Below, one piece after another: positions 19,229 through 38,058 of a DNA stretch of 64,000 bases. The translations under genes were made by a program, and so were the position numbers. Location of the stretch: assembly GCA_965228735.1 (NCBI GenBank), contig OZ245838.1:2688001-2752000 (forward strand), in the 5' to 3' direction. How positions within the stretch are numbered: the stretch's first letter is position 1; each line of letters opens with the position of its first letter. The notes beneath the pieces are model-generated. The model had not been told where the DNA came from, did not search any database, and saw nothing but the letters and a program-made list of their open reading frames with translations. This stretch comes from Planctomycetota bacterium (GTDB lineage: Bacteria; Planctomycetota; UBA1135; UBA2386).

Positions 19229-20521
19229 CTACTTGTCCGGCAACTGGTAGATGCGCTCGACCTCCTGACCTTGCGACAGCCAGGTGGTAACGAACTCGCG
19301 CACGCCCTTCTTGTACTCCTTCTTGCCGAACTGCACGGCCTGCGCCTTGGACTGGACCTTGCGGCCGTTGACCGAGAGCAGCACGTCGCCCTTGACGACG
19401 CCGTAGGTCGTCGCGAGCTGCGGGGGAAGGTTCGTCACCTGCAGGCCGCGCACGGTGCTGCCCGGCACCTTGCTGCTGTAGGTGTCGAAGTAGACCTTCT
19501 CGAAGAAGTCACTCTCGTTGCTGAACGCCTGCTCGTCCTGGCGGCCGATGTGGCGCACACCGTTGACGAGCTGGGTCTGTTCGCTCTCGATCCACGTGCG
19601 CTGCGAACTGGTGTTCTCGTTCGCCTGCTCGGGCCGCGGCGTGCCGCGCTCGCCGTAGAGCCGATGCAGCTCGGCGAGGACCTCCTGACTCAGCGACGCC
19701 GTGGACTTGTAGAGCGGTTCCTCTTCGGGCTTCGCCTGGGTCGTCGGATCCGGGTTCTCGTCGCTCGGCACGCCTTCGCGCACGAAGTAGGCGAGCTGCG
19801 CGGTCGGGTCGACGCGCACGAGCTTGATGTGGTCGAACGGCGGCCACAGGTGCGGGTCGCGGCGCGGATCGCCCTCGCCCTGGATCCACACCTCCTGCAG
19901 CAGCACGCTCGGCCCCGTGGCGGTGGGCATCGACGTGGTGCGCGGCGGCGCCTGGGGGTTGCCGGATCGATTCGGCCGGAAGTTCTGGTTGCCGCCAGCG
20001 CGCGGCGGCGGAACGCCGTCGGGCGGGCCGCCGTAGCCGGTCGCGGCCACCGAGTTCTGCCGCACGTACCACTCCGGCGGCTGCACGCCGGACTCCGGCT
20101 TGTAGCGCACGACGACGTGGGACAGAGCACCCTGGCCCTTGTCCGCGCCGTCGTACATGAGCGCCGACAGCTCGATGATGTCTTCGAGCGGGATCTGCGG
20201 CGGCGTGACGATCTCCGGCTCCTGGTTGCCCTCGGCCTCCGCCGGATCGACCGGCGGCGGCGGCAGCTTGCCGATGAAGTTCGCCTTCTTGAGCTGGTCC
20301 CACCACGCCCGGTTCTTGTCCGAGTAGAGCCAGTCGGCCGTGACCTGCCCCCGGCCGCGCCCCACCGAGATCCGATCGGTCGCGGCCTTGGTGCCGCGAT
20401 TCATCGCTTCCCGCTTCGTTTCGGCCTTCTGCAGCGGCAGCAGTTCGTAGACCTGCCACCCCGTGAACCCGGCGAGGCCGAGAGCCGACGTGTACAGCAG
20501 GAAAGGGATCGGAAGTTTCAT
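19229..20521 (-). CDS. Membrane-anchored protein with a C-terminal PDZ-like domain (GspC-like architecture)
   Basis: N-terminal hydrophobic helix, Pro-rich linker, C-terminal GLQV...YGVVKGDVLLSVNGRKV PDZ-like pattern. Confidence 0.6.
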   Translation of the reverse strand: MKLPIPFLLYTSALGLAGFTGWQVYELLPLQKAETKREAMNRGTKAATDRISVGRGRGQVTADWLYSDKNRAWWDQLKKANFIGKLPPPPVDPAEAEGNQEPEIVTPPQIPLEDIIELSALMYDGADKGQGALSHVVVRYKPESGVQPPEWYVRQNSVAATGYGGPPDGVPPPRAGGNQNFRPNRSGNPQAPPRTTSMPTATGPSVLLQEVWIQGEGDPRRDPHLWPPFDHIKLVRVDPTAQLAYFVREGVPSDENPDPTTQAKPEEEPLYKSTASLSQEVLAELHRLYGERGTPRPEQANENTSSQRTWIESEQTQLVNGVRHIGRQDEQAFSNESDFFEKVYFDTYSSKVPGSTVRGLQVTNLPPQLATTYGVVKGDVLLSVNGRKVQSKAQAVQFGKKEYKKGVREFVTTWLSQGQEVERIYQLPDK

Positions 20522-20742
20522 GGTCGCAGCGGGTTCTGCAGTTGCCGGAGTCTAGCCAGCGCGCCGGGGCAGGCGCACCGGAATCACCCCCGGAATCACG
20601 AGTTGGGACGGAGAAGCGACGCGCTTTCTTCCCGAAAGTCCCACCCGCGAGGCCAGGGCGAGGAAGCCCCCACGATACCGCGCGCAGGCGGCCGGTGGCC
20701 GCGACCGGAACGGGCCCGGGCGAACCGGGCGCGGGGTACACG

Positions 20743-20769
20743 AAAACGGGCTCGCCGAAGCGAGCCCGT
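20743..20769 (-). terminator. Intrinsic terminator downstream of rpsG
   Basis: 10-bp stem ACGGGCTCGC / GCGAGCCCGT with TTCG loop (minus strand), followed by a T-run. Confidence 0.7.
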
Positions 20770-20839
20770 CGAGGGGAGGTGCCTTGCCGAGCAATGCTGC
20801 CAGGAGCAGTGCCGGCTCCCGCCAGGGGAGAATGGGTCC

Positions 20840-21313
20840 CTACCAGGAGAAATGACTGTAGGCGGAGTTCGCCTCGGCCATCTTGTGCACGTTCTCCTTC
20901 TTCGTCACGGCCGCGCCCTGATTGTTGAACGCGTCGAAGAACTCTTCCGCGAGCGACTTGCCCATCGGCTTGCCGCGCTTGCTGCGAGCGGAGTCGACGA
21001 GCCAGCGGATCGCGAGGCTCTGCTGGCGCCGCTTGCTGACTTCGCGCGGGACCTGGTAGGTCGCGCCGCCAACACGCTTGCTGCGCACCTCGACGCGCGG
21101 CTTGATGTTGTCGATCGCCTTCACGAAGACCTCGGTCGGATCCTCGACCTCGACCTTTTTGCAGACCGTGTCGATCGCGTTGTAGAACAGCTTCTGCGCG
21201 GCGATCTTCTTCCCGTCGAGCATGATCTGATTGATGATCTTGCTCGCGAGCTTGCTGCCGTAGCGCGGGTCACCCTGGAGGTGAACTTCCGTGGACTTGT
21301 AGCTGCGGGGCAT
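20840..21313 (-). CDS. rpsG: 30S ribosomal protein S7
   Basis: MLDGKK, VEVRSKRVGGATYQVP, HKMAEAN. Confidence 0.99.
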   Translation of the reverse strand: MPRSYKSTEVHLQGDPRYGSKLASKIINQIMLDGKKIAAQKLFYNAIDTVCKKVEVEDPTEVFVKAIDNIKPRVEVRSKRVGGATYQVPREVSKRRQQSLAIRWLVDSARSKRGKPMGKSLAEEFFDAFNNQGAAVTKKENVHKMAEANSAYSHFSW

Positions 21314-21358
21314 TCTTCGGTGTTCCTGTATTCGTTACTGGGTCGCCGGGGACCGCCC

Positions 21359-21733
21359 CTACGCCTTCGGCCTCTTGGTGCCGTACTTCGAACGGCCGCG
21401 ACGCCGGTTCTCGACGCCGGACGCGTCGAGGCAGCCGCGCAGCACGTGGTAGCGCACACCCGGAAGGTCACGGACGCGGCCACCGCGGATCAGCACGATC
21501 GAGTGCTCCTGCAGGTTGTGGCCCTCGCCCGGGATGTAGACCGTCGTCTCCTTGCCGTTGCTCAGGCGAACACGCGCGATCTTGCGGAGCGCGGAGTTCG
21601 GCTTCTTGGGCGTCATCGTCTTCACCTGCAGGCACACGCCGCGCTTGTGCGGGCAGGCCTCGAGGATCGGCGACTTGCTCTTCTCTTTGATCTTCTTGCG
21701 ACCCTTGCGGATGAGCTGGTTGATCGTGGGCAT
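21359..21733 (-). CDS. rpsL: 30S ribosomal protein S12
   Basis: [30 protein letters not shown]. Confidence 0.99.
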   Translation of the reverse strand: MPTINQLIRKGRKKIKEKSKSPILEACPHKRGVCLQVKTMTPKKPNSALRKIARVRLSNGKETTVYIPGEGHNLQEHSIVLIRGGRVRDLPGVRYHVLRGCLDASGVENRRRGRSKYGTKRPKA

Positions 21734-21908
21734 GAAGGTCTGGTCTACAGTGGTCTACAGTCGTGGTGGTGCCAGGCGAACTGGCGCGATCCGGTGGCGT
21801 CCCAGCCGGATTTGGGGCGGCGCAGCGTAGGGACCGCCCCGGGTCTTTGCAATGCCGGAAGCCGCCAAAAGCGACCTCCGGTGGCGGCTCGACCGACTCG
21901 GCCGGCCC

Positions 21909-26138
<4,230 letters not shown>

Positions 26139-26207
26139 CGGTTGCCTCGTTGATAGTGCTGTCGGGGTTTGCTGCGGGAGGGTGTGCGAGTGCGATCCGA
26201 CTCGCCG

Positions 26208-29918
<3,711 letters not shown>

Positions 29919-30314
29919 ACGTTCTCACCTGAAGACCCCAGGGGCGTGGGGTCATGCTTGATCAGCGGCGCCATCGTCGAGCCGGCCAGGGTCGCACTGG
30001 CGAGGGGCGACGACGCGCACCGTCTGATCGTTTGGGCCAAGGGTTGGGGGTGGCGAATGCCGAGGGTGTGCCGGACCTGCCGATCCGGCGTGGGTTCGAA
30101 CCGAACGAGTTGGTCGAGCCGAGAGGAGGAGGTCGTCCTCCGCGGCTCACTCCGGCGGCGCTCCGCGTGACACACACCGACGGACCGCGAGCGACGCCGG
30201 GCGGCGTGGCTCGAAGCTCGCTGCGTTACGACAGAACGGACGACGGACACTCAGGAGGAAGGGCACGGAGCGACCGGCTCGAAGTCACCCCGCAAAAAGC
30301 GCACCAGCACGAAG

Positions 30315-30381
30315 ACAAAGCGTACAAACACGCCTGCCCCGGCTGCAACCGAAAAAGGTTGCATCAACCGGAACAGGGCGT
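30315..30381 (-). terminator. Putative terminator/attenuator hairpin between rplL and rpoB
   Basis: Extended stem-loop (ACGCCTG...TGCAACC-loop-GGTTGCA...CAGGGCGT) followed on the minus strand by a T-rich tract. Confidence 0.55.
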
Positions 30382-30487
30382 CCCCATCACGCGAGACCCC
30401 GAATCGAGGCCGCCCGAATCCGGGGGGACCGAACCGAGGCGGACCAGGCGAAGATCGGCCTGGCTCGCGGATGTCGCTGACCGAGCA

Positions 30488-30892
30488 CTACTTGAGCTCG
30501 ACCGAGGCACCGGCCTCGGTGAGCTTCTTCTCGAGCTCGGCGGCTTCTTCCTTGCTGACGCCTTCCTTGATCGGCTTCGGCGCTTCGTCGACCAGGCCCT
30601 TGGCCTCCTTGAGGCCCAGGCCGGTGATCTCGCGCACCACCTTGATGACGTTGATCTTGGCGCTGCCGGCGTCCTTGAGCACGACCGTGAACTCGGTCTG
30701 CTCTTCGGCCGCGGCTTCGCCGCCACCACCACCACCGGCCGCCGCGACGGCGACGGGCGCCGCGGCGCTCACGCCCCAGCGGTCTTCCATCGCCTTCACG
30801 AGCTGGGCGGCCTGGCCCAGGCTCAGGGCGTCGATCTTGGTGAAGATTTCCTCGAGGTCGGCGTCGAGGGTCACGGTTGCTTCGTCGGACAT
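30488..30892 (-). CDS. rplL: 50S ribosomal protein L7/L12
   Basis: [30 protein letters not shown]; start ATG 30892 (MSDEA). Confidence 0.98.
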   Translation of the reverse strand: MSDEATVTLDADLEEIFTKIDALSLGQAAQLVKAMEDRWGVSAAAPVAVAAAGGGGGGEAAAEEQTEFTVVLKDAGSAKINVIKVVREITGLGLKEAKGLVDEAPKPIKEGVSKEEAAELEKKLTEAGASVELK

Positions 30893-31028
30893 GATGAACT
30901 CCGGTCTATGTGCTCGGTCCGCAGTGCGCGGGTCGGGTGCGTGGGTTGGGTATGGGTTGTGTTGGGAGGATCCCGGCGGCCAGCCGCGGTGCGGCCCACA
31001 CCGTCCGGGACTACTCGACCGTCCGGGA

Positions 31029-31550
31029 CTATTCGCCCTTGTCGATCTTGGCTTGGATGCAGCGCGCGAGGCCACCGGCCACGGCGTTGAGAACGGACGC
31101 CAGCGAGCGTGCGGGGCCGCTGATGGCGCTGACGATCTGGGTGTTGACGGTGTCGCGGTCCGGCAGGGCCGCGATCTGCTCGGCCTGGTCGCCGCTGTAG
31201 ACCTGACCCTCGACGAGGCCGGCGCGGATCGCGATCGGCGCCTCCTTCTGCTTCTTGATCCACTCCTTGAGGATCTTGGCCGCCTTGATGGCGCCCTCCT
31301 CCTCGGCGATCGCGAAGCCGCAGCGACCCTTGAGCGAGTCGCCGAGGTCCGGGCTGATGTCCGCGAGCGCGCGCTTGGCGAGCCGCGTCCGCACGAGGCG
31401 GTACTTGACGCCCGCTTCGCGCAGCTGGGTGCGGATGTCGATGTCCTGCTGCGGACCGACCGCGCCGTGCTCGACCACGACGCACGATCCCATGCTCTGG
31501 AACTCCTGCTCGAGGTCCTTGACGAGGCTCTCGTTGACGATGTTCGGCAT
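31029..31550 (-). CDS. rplJ: 50S ribosomal protein L10
   Basis: Position between rplA and rplL; length and [12 protein letters not shown] motif. Confidence 0.95.
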   Translation of the reverse strand: MPNIVNESLVKDLEQEFQSMGSCVVVEHGAVGPQQDIDIRTQLREAGVKYRLVRTRLAKRALADISPDLGDSLKGRCGFAIAEEEGAIKAAKILKEWIKKQKEAPIAIRAGLVEGQVYSGDQAEQIAALPDRDTVNTQIVSAISGPARSLASVLNAVAGGLARCIQAKIDKGE

Positions 31551-31562
31551 TGCTAGGACTCC

Positions 31563-32249
31563 TTACTCGACGGCCAGCTGGACCCCGGGGCCCATGCTCG
31601 TGGAAACGACGACCTTGCGGATGAACGCGCCCTTGGCCTGCGACGGCCGCAGCGCGCGCAGGTGGTCGACGAAGGCGGTGAGGTTCTCGGCGAGATCGCC
31701 AGCGGCGAACGACTTCTTGCCGATCGCGGCGTGGATGTTGGCGCCCGAGTCCGTGCGGAACTCGATCTTGCCCGCCTTGAACTCCTTGACGGCGTCCGCG
31801 ACGTTGGGCGTGACCGTGCCGGCCTTCGGCGAGGGCATCTTGCCCTGCGGGCCGAGGACCTTACCGAGCTTGCCGACGAAGCGCATCATGTCGGGCGACG
31901 CGATCGTCATGTCGAAGTCGGTGAAGCCCTTCTCGATCTTCTCGGCGAGATCGGCCGCACCGACGTAGTCCGCGCCGGCCGCCTCGGCCTCCTTGGCCTT
32001 GTCGCCATCGGCGAAGACCGCGATCTTGATCGACTTGCCCGTGCCCTTCGGCAGGCTCACCGAGCCGCGCACCAGCTGGTCCGTCTTCTTCGGGTCGATG
32101 CCGATGCGGACCGCGACCTCGACGGACTCGTCGAACTTCGGGCCCGGCAGGGTCTTGATCAGGTCGAAGCCCTCGGACAGCTCGTAGCGCTTGGCGCGAT
32201 CGACCTGCTCCTGGGCCTTGAGAAAGCGACGGCTCTGCTTCTTGGCCAT
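31563..32249 (-). CDS. rplA: 50S ribosomal protein L1
   Basis: [39 protein letters not shown]. Confidence 0.99.
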   Translation of the reverse strand: MAKKQSRRFLKAQEQVDRAKRYELSEGFDLIKTLPGPKFDESVEVAVRIGIDPKKTDQLVRGSVSLPKGTGKSIKIAVFADGDKAKEAEAAGADYVGAADLAEKIEKGFTDFDMTIASPDMMRFVGKLGKVLGPQGKMPSPKAGTVTPNVADAVKEFKAGKIEFRTDSGANIHAAIGKKSFAAGDLAENLTAFVDHLRALRPSQAKGAFIRKVVVSTSMGPGVQLAVE

Positions 32250-32674
32250 CAGTCCACCACCTGGATGCCGCAGGAACGCGCCGAACCCTCGATCATGCGC
32301 ATCGCGCCCTCGATGTCCTTGGCGTTGAGGTCCTTGATCTTCATCTCCGCGATCTCCTTCACCTGCGCGCGGGTCACCTTGCCGACGACCTCACTGCCGG
32401 GCTCGTGGGCGGCGCTCGCGAGGCCGGCGGCCTTCTTCAGCAACACGCCGGCGGGCGGCGACTTGTACTCCAGCGAGAAGGTCCGGTCCTTGTAGACCGA
32501 GATGATGACCGGAATGATCATCCCCTGCTGCTGGCGGGCCTCGTCGTTGAACTGCTTGACGAACTGCCCGATGTTGATGCCGTGCTGACCGAGGGCGGGG
32601 CCGACCGGCGGCGCAGGGGTAGCCTGCCCGGCAGGGCACTGGAGCTTTACGGTCGCGGTGACTTCTTTTGCCAT
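32249..32674 (-). CDS. rplK: 50S ribosomal protein L11
   Basis: [18 protein letters not shown]. Confidence 0.99.
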   Translation of the reverse strand: MAKEVTATVKLQCPAGQATPAPPVGPALGQHGINIGQFVKQFNDEARQQQGMIIPVIISVYKDRTFSLEYKSPPAGVLLKKAAGLASAAHEPGSEVVGKVTRAQVKEIAEMKIKDLNAKDIEGAMRMIEGSARSCGIQVVD

Positions 32675-32900
32675 TCTGTACTCTCAGCGGTTCTGGCGGA
32701 CGCGGTCGAGCCGCGCCCTCCCACTACAAGAGGGTCCACAGGCAGTTCTGGCACGAACCGGCCCGCGGAAACGGGCGGAGGATAGAAGCAGAGGCCCCCG
32801 GGGGAGTCAACGGGGAAAGCCGACAATCTCCCCGGGCGGCTCCGGGCAGCGCGAAGGCCGGGGGGGCGGCCCCCGGACCGCCCGACGCGGGCCGCCGGCC

Positions 32901-33803
32901 CTACTGCGACGCGAGCACGACGAAGTCGTGACCGAGGCTCGCGCCCGTGCCGATCATCCCCGCCTGATGGTAAAGCGGGTAGGCGAGGAAGTTGGGGTCG
33001 TTGGGGATCGACACCGGCGTCGTGTTGCGGCCCGCCCCGTCCAGCGACGCGATCTGCAGCACGACCACCAGGTTGGGGTCGAGGTAGAGCGTGCCGACCA
33101 CACCGGGGAACGTGAGCCCGGCCGGAAACGGGGCGAGCGCCACGAACGTGCCGAACAGCGCGTTCGCCTCGCCCTCGACCTGGTGCGACACCGTGCTGCC
33201 GAGCTGCCGGTTGCCCAGGATGCAGTACGTCGGCCCCACCACGTCGCGCACCGAGATGTTGTCGACGTTCATCCGCGGCGTGCTCGGGTTGCACAGGAAG
33301 TCGCGCGTGAAGTTGAGGCGCAGCGTCACGAGCCCCGACGTCGTCGGGCTGAAGCGCCCGCAGACCTGCGCCCGCTTCACCTGCGGCTGCGGCAGCGCGC
33401 CGTTGTAGTTGCCGAAATCGTGACGCGCGACCTCGACGCCCGCGACCTCGACCCAGATCGTGCCGGTATCGGCGTTGTTGCCGGTCGGCGCCCCCGGCCG
33501 CGCCCCGCTCGCGTCGCACCGGAACTCGTAGGTCAGCCCCTGGACGACGACGATCTGCTGCTCGATCCAGTTCGGCGGGAACGGCGGCGGCCAGACCTGC
33601 CCACCCGCGTTGACCCCGAACGAGTCGCTGACACCGAGGCCCGTCGTGTCCCACGTCGTTTCGAGGCCGGGGTTGACGCTGTAGCCGCCGCCGAGCGTCC
33701 AGTGCTGGAGCCCCATGTCGAAGCCGCCGTCGACGACCCATTCGGCCTGGGCTGGCAGGGACGTCGCGAAGAGAAGGAACGAAGAGACGAGCAGTCGCCG
33801 CAT
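32901..33803 (-). CDS. Secreted hypothetical protein: beta-sandwich-like N-domain plus conserved C-terminal domain
   Basis: Signal peptide MRRLLVSSFLLFATSLPAQA at ATG 33803; VVDGGFD...W start resembling carbohydrate-binding modules. Confidence 0.75.
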   Translation of the reverse strand: MRRLLVSSFLLFATSLPAQAEWVVDGGFDMGLQHWTLGGGYSVNPGLETTWDTTGLGVSDSFGVNAGGQVWPPPFPPNWIEQQIVVVQGLTYEFRCDASGARPGAPTGNNADTGTIWVEVAGVEVARHDFGNYNGALPQPQVKRAQVCGRFSPTTSGLVTLRLNFTRDFLCNPSTPRMNVDNISVRDVVGPTYCILGNRQLGSTVSHQVEGEANALFGTFVALAPFPAGLTFPGVVGTLYLDPNLVVVLQIASLDGAGRNTTPVSIPNDPNFLAYPLYHQAGMIGTGASLGHDFVVLASQ

Positions 33804-33884
33804 GGTGGACTCTGGGCAGGATGACGAAACGTCAAGCGTCCCCGCCCATCCCGCTCTGGCAAGCCCCGATCGCGGACAGCCCCG

Positions 33885-33928
33885 TAACAAGAAAGAAGGC
33901 GGCGAGGCCCATGCCTGCCTCGCCGCCT
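33885..33928 (-). terminator. Intrinsic terminator-like hairpin between nusG and the inserted gene
   Basis: 12-bp stem AGGCGGCGAGGC / GCCTCGCCGCCT followed on the minus strand by TCTTTCTTGTT. Confidence 0.65.
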
Positions 33929-34135
33929 GACTCCGGGCCCGCCAAGAAAGCGCGAGCCCCACTCATGCATCGTCGTTTCACGACCAGCCACCCTCGAGGC
34001 CGGTCGGGCGCCAATTGGCGCCACCCAATCAAGCGCAAGAACACCGCGCGACCGGACAACCCTTTCGCGATTCGAACGACCGCGTCACCGCCGAGCAGCG
34101 CCCAACGGCCTCCCACTCGCGCACGCCCCTCCGCC

Positions 34136-34228
34136 CAGAACGCTGCAGTTCGAACCTGGTTCCGTACGCACGCGCAGGCTCCGTACGCACGCGCAGAACG
34201 CTGCAGTTCGAACCTGGTTCCGTACGCA
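34136..34228. repeat. Two identical 35-bp direct repeats carrying the REP-like core
   Basis: CAGAACGCTGCAGTTCGAACCTGGTTCCGTACGCA at 34136-34170 and 34194-34228; reverse complement contains GTACGGAACCAGGTTCGAA. Confidence 0.85.
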
Positions 34229-34414
34229 ACCCCCGTACGAGGGCGTATTGCGTCCCAATTGCGAGGGCGCGTAGCGCCCAAGCAATTCCCCCGCTGGTTG
34301 GTAGGCGCCAGTTGGCGTCCTCGCCCGAGTGTCGCTTCGCCCCAACCAGCGGACAAAGGCCGACGCCGCTGTCGCTCGGCGGTCAAGCCAACCGAGCCGG
34401 TCGGCGGCCGCGGC

Positions 34415-35260
34415 CTAGATCGGCTCGACTTCCCAATAACCGAGCGACAGCGGCGTCGGCCGGCCGAAGAAGTTCACCGACACATCGAGCGTGCCCTTGT
34501 CGGGGTGCACTTCCTCAACGGTGGCGTCCGTGTTCTCGAACGCGCCGGTCTTGATCTTCACCCGATCGCCCTTCTTGTACTGAACGGCGACCTTCGGCTG
34601 CTCCTTGCTCGCGTCCATCGTCGCGAGGACCTTGTCGACGTCTTCCTGCTTGGCCGGCGTCGGAGTGGCCTGGCCGCCGACGAAGTCGCCGAAACCCGGG
34701 GTCTCGCGCAGCACGAACCAGACGTCGTCGCTGAGCTTCATCTGGACCATCAGATAGCCCGGGTAGAGCTTGCGGCGCTTGACCGTCTTCTTGCCCGCGC
34801 GGTGGTCGGCGATGGTCTCGGTCGGCACGACGATCTGCGGCACGAGCTCCTCGAGCCCGTCCTGCTTGAGCCGGCGCACCATGTTCTTGCAGATGCGATC
34901 CTCGCGGCCGACCTGCACGCGCAGGAAGTACCACTCGAGCTTGGCCTCGGGCTTCTGCTCCGCGGCGGGTGCATCGTCGAAGTCGTCGTCGTCGTCACCC
35001 GCAGCGAGCTGCGCGGCGAGGGTCTTCGGCGCGGGCGCGGCCGGGGCGGGATCGCTCGCGGGCGCCCCTGCATCGGTCGCCGGAGGATCACCGGCCGGAG
35101 AGTCACCGGCCGAAGAGTCGCTCGCGGAGCCGGCGCCAGAATCCGCAGGACCCGACGGGTTCTCCGGTTTCGCGCCACCCACAGCCGCATCATCGACCGC
35201 GGGATCCGTTGGCTTGGGGTTGTTGTCGTCGGGGAGGCCGGCGGAGCCGTCGATCGTCAT
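34415..35260 (-). CDS. nusG: Transcription factor NusG with a long acidic low-complexity N-terminal extension
   Basis: WYFLRVQVGRED, KLYPGYLMV, KOW GDRVKIKTGAF, FFGRPTPLSL. Confidence 0.97.
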   Translation of the reverse strand: MTIDGSAGLPDDNNPKPTDPAVDDAAVGGAKPENPSGPADSGAGSASDSSAGDSPAGDPPATDAGAPASDPAPAAPAPKTLAAQLAAGDDDDDFDDAPAAEQKPEAKLEWYFLRVQVGREDRICKNMVRRLKQDGLEELVPQIVVPTETIADHRAGKKTVKRRKLYPGYLMVQMKLSDDVWFVLRETPGFGDFVGGQATPTPAKQEDVDKVLATMDASKEQPKVAVQYKKGDRVKIKTGAFENTDATVEEVHPDKGTLDVSVNFFGRPTPLSLGYWEVEPI

Positions 35261-35269
35261 CAGGCCTAC

Positions 35270-35707
35270 CTAGTTCTGTCCTGGCAGCAGCGACGTCATC
35301 ACCTTGGCGAAGAGCAGGTCGACGCCGGTGAGGAAGAGGAAGAGCACCGTCACCATCGTCGCGACGGCCATCGTGCCCTGCGCGACCTCGCCCCAGGTGG
35401 GCCAGGTCACCTTCTTCATCTCACCCTCGGTGTCGATGAGCAGATCGGCGAGCTGCGGCCGGTTGAGGATGCGCGACGCGACGAACAGGATGACGGCGAG
35501 GATCGCCGTCGCGATGAGCGTCGAGACGCGCAGCTGGGTCACGAGCGGGAAATTGTCGATCAGGGTCTGATCGTTCCCCTCGCCCATCCAGTTCCGAATC
35601 ATGTCGGCGAGCCCGCCGCCGCGGTAGAAGCCGTAGCCGAGCAGCAGCGCGATCACCCAGAAGGCGATCATGCGGGCGAAGCGCCCTTGGTTCTTGCGAT
35701 AACTCAC
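35270..35707 (-). CDS. secE: Preprotein translocase subunit SecE
   Basis: EMKKVTWPTW motif; lies between tRNA-Trp and nusG. Confidence 0.95.
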   Translation of the reverse strand: MSYRKNQGRFARMIAFWVIALLLGYGFYRGGGLADMIRNWMGEGNDQTLIDNFPLVTQLRVSTLIATAILAVILFVASRILNRPQLADLLIDTEGEMKKVTWPTWGEVAQGTMAVATMVTVLFLFLTGVDLLFAKVMTSLLPGQN

Positions 35708-35781
35708 GGGTTGGCGTCTCTACGGATGGTCTCTACGGCCTCGCGGCCGAGTGGCGACTGCAAACATCGGGGGCTGTGGAG

Positions 35782-35857
35782 TGGCAGGGCAGCAAGGACT
35801 CGAACCCTGAACCGGTTGATTTGGAATCAACTGCTCTACCAATTGAGCTACTACCCT
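35782..35857 (-). tRNA. tRNA-Trp (CCA)
   Basis: Cloverleaf; anticodon arm GTTGA-TTCCAAA-TCAAC; encoded CCA end. Confidence 0.97.
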
Positions 35858-36054
35858 CCAGGATTGACAGGACCGGCAGCCCCCCGAAGAAGCTGCCGGG
35901 CCAGTTGTCGGGCCGAGCAGTGTAGCAACGACGCCGGCTGGCGCCGCCACAAACCACTGGATCGGCCCACCGAAATCGCCGTCCGCTGGAGAACGGGACG
36001 CCGAGTTCGGCCAGTGACTGCAGGTCGCAACCTGCGAGCGATTGCGAACTGCGA

Positions 36055-37257
<1,203 letters not shown>

Positions 37258-37291
37258 GAGAGTCTAGAGACTGATGAAGCGGAGTATCCGA

Positions 37292-37366
<75 letters not shown>

Positions 37367-37408
37367 AGCCGACAGTTGAAAGTCGAAGATGACGTGAATC
37401 GAAAGATC

Positions 37409-37482
37409 TGGAGCGGGTGAAGGGAATCGAACCCTCGTCACCAGTTTGGAAGACTGGAGCTCTACCATTGAGCTACACCCGC
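37409..37482 (-). tRNA. tRNA-Gly (TCC)
   Basis: Anticodon arm CCAGT-CTTCCAA-ACTGG; CCA end. Confidence 0.97.
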
Positions 37483-37664
37483 ATGAGCCACGCGTGCGAC
37501 CGCCGCCGCGTCAAGGGTCGCGCGCATCGAACGTGTCGATCCGGACGAGCCGATCTGCAGCAGACGACGCCTGAGCGACGCATGCAGACAACACAAGAAC
37601 GCGGATGCTCCGTCGCGAACCCGATCCCCTCTTCGCGAGAGCGTCTCGGTGTCGGTCAGGAAAC

Positions 37665-37749
37665 TGGTGGGCGGAGCAGGATTCGAACCTGCGAAGGCTG
37701 AGCCGCCAGATTTACAGTCTGGTCCATTTGACCACTTTGGTATCCGCCC
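37665..37749 (-). tRNA. tRNA-Tyr (GTA)
   Basis: Anticodon arm CCAGA-CTGTAAA-TCTGG; long variable arm; CCA end. Confidence 0.97.
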
Positions 37750-37840
37750 GAAGTTGCGTTCGTGCGCTGCCTTTCCTTCGACGCCGCGCCCGCGAGCCTC
37801 GCCACATCGGGGGTTCCGATCCGGATCTAGCCCAGGGGTC

Positions 37841-37916
37841 TGGAGCTAGCGATGGGACTCGAACCCATAACCTCTTGATTACAAATCAAGAGCTCTACCG
37901 GTTGAGCTACGCTAGC
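37841..37916 (-). tRNA. tRNA-Thr (TGT)
   Basis: Anticodon arm CTTGA-TTTGTAA-TCAAG; CCA end; classic Thr-Tyr-Gly-Thr-tuf order. Confidence 0.97.
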
Positions 37917-37945
37917 GGGCGTGCCGCCTTGGGAAAGGCCGAGGG

Positions 37946-37973
37946 AGGATACCGACGCCCGAGGGCAGTTCAA
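37946..37973 (-). promoter_or_regulatory. Putative promoter of the tRNA-tuf operon
   Basis: TTGAAC-N16-TATCCT about 30 nt upstream of tRNA-Thr(TGT). Confidence 0.45.
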
Positions 37974-38058
37974 GCGCACCGGATCGCATTTTTTGGCCGG
38001 GAGCGGGCCGTTCGGGGCCGGTTGGGAGCCGCGCGCGCACGGCGATCGGCGAACCCCG

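Noticed and set aside
33929..34135. Riboswitch upstream of the terminator at 33885-33928
   Set aside because: Hairpins are present but I cannot match a known aptamer consensus by eye; an Rfam scan would be needed.
34136..34228. 35-bp direct repeats as a mini CRISPR array
   Set aside because: Only two units; the 23-bp gap is itself partly a duplication of repeat-adjacent sequence; the core matches the REP-like family; no cas genes.
35858..36054. rpmG (L33) between tuf and tRNA-Trp
   Set aside because: No L33-like reading frame found on the minus strand.
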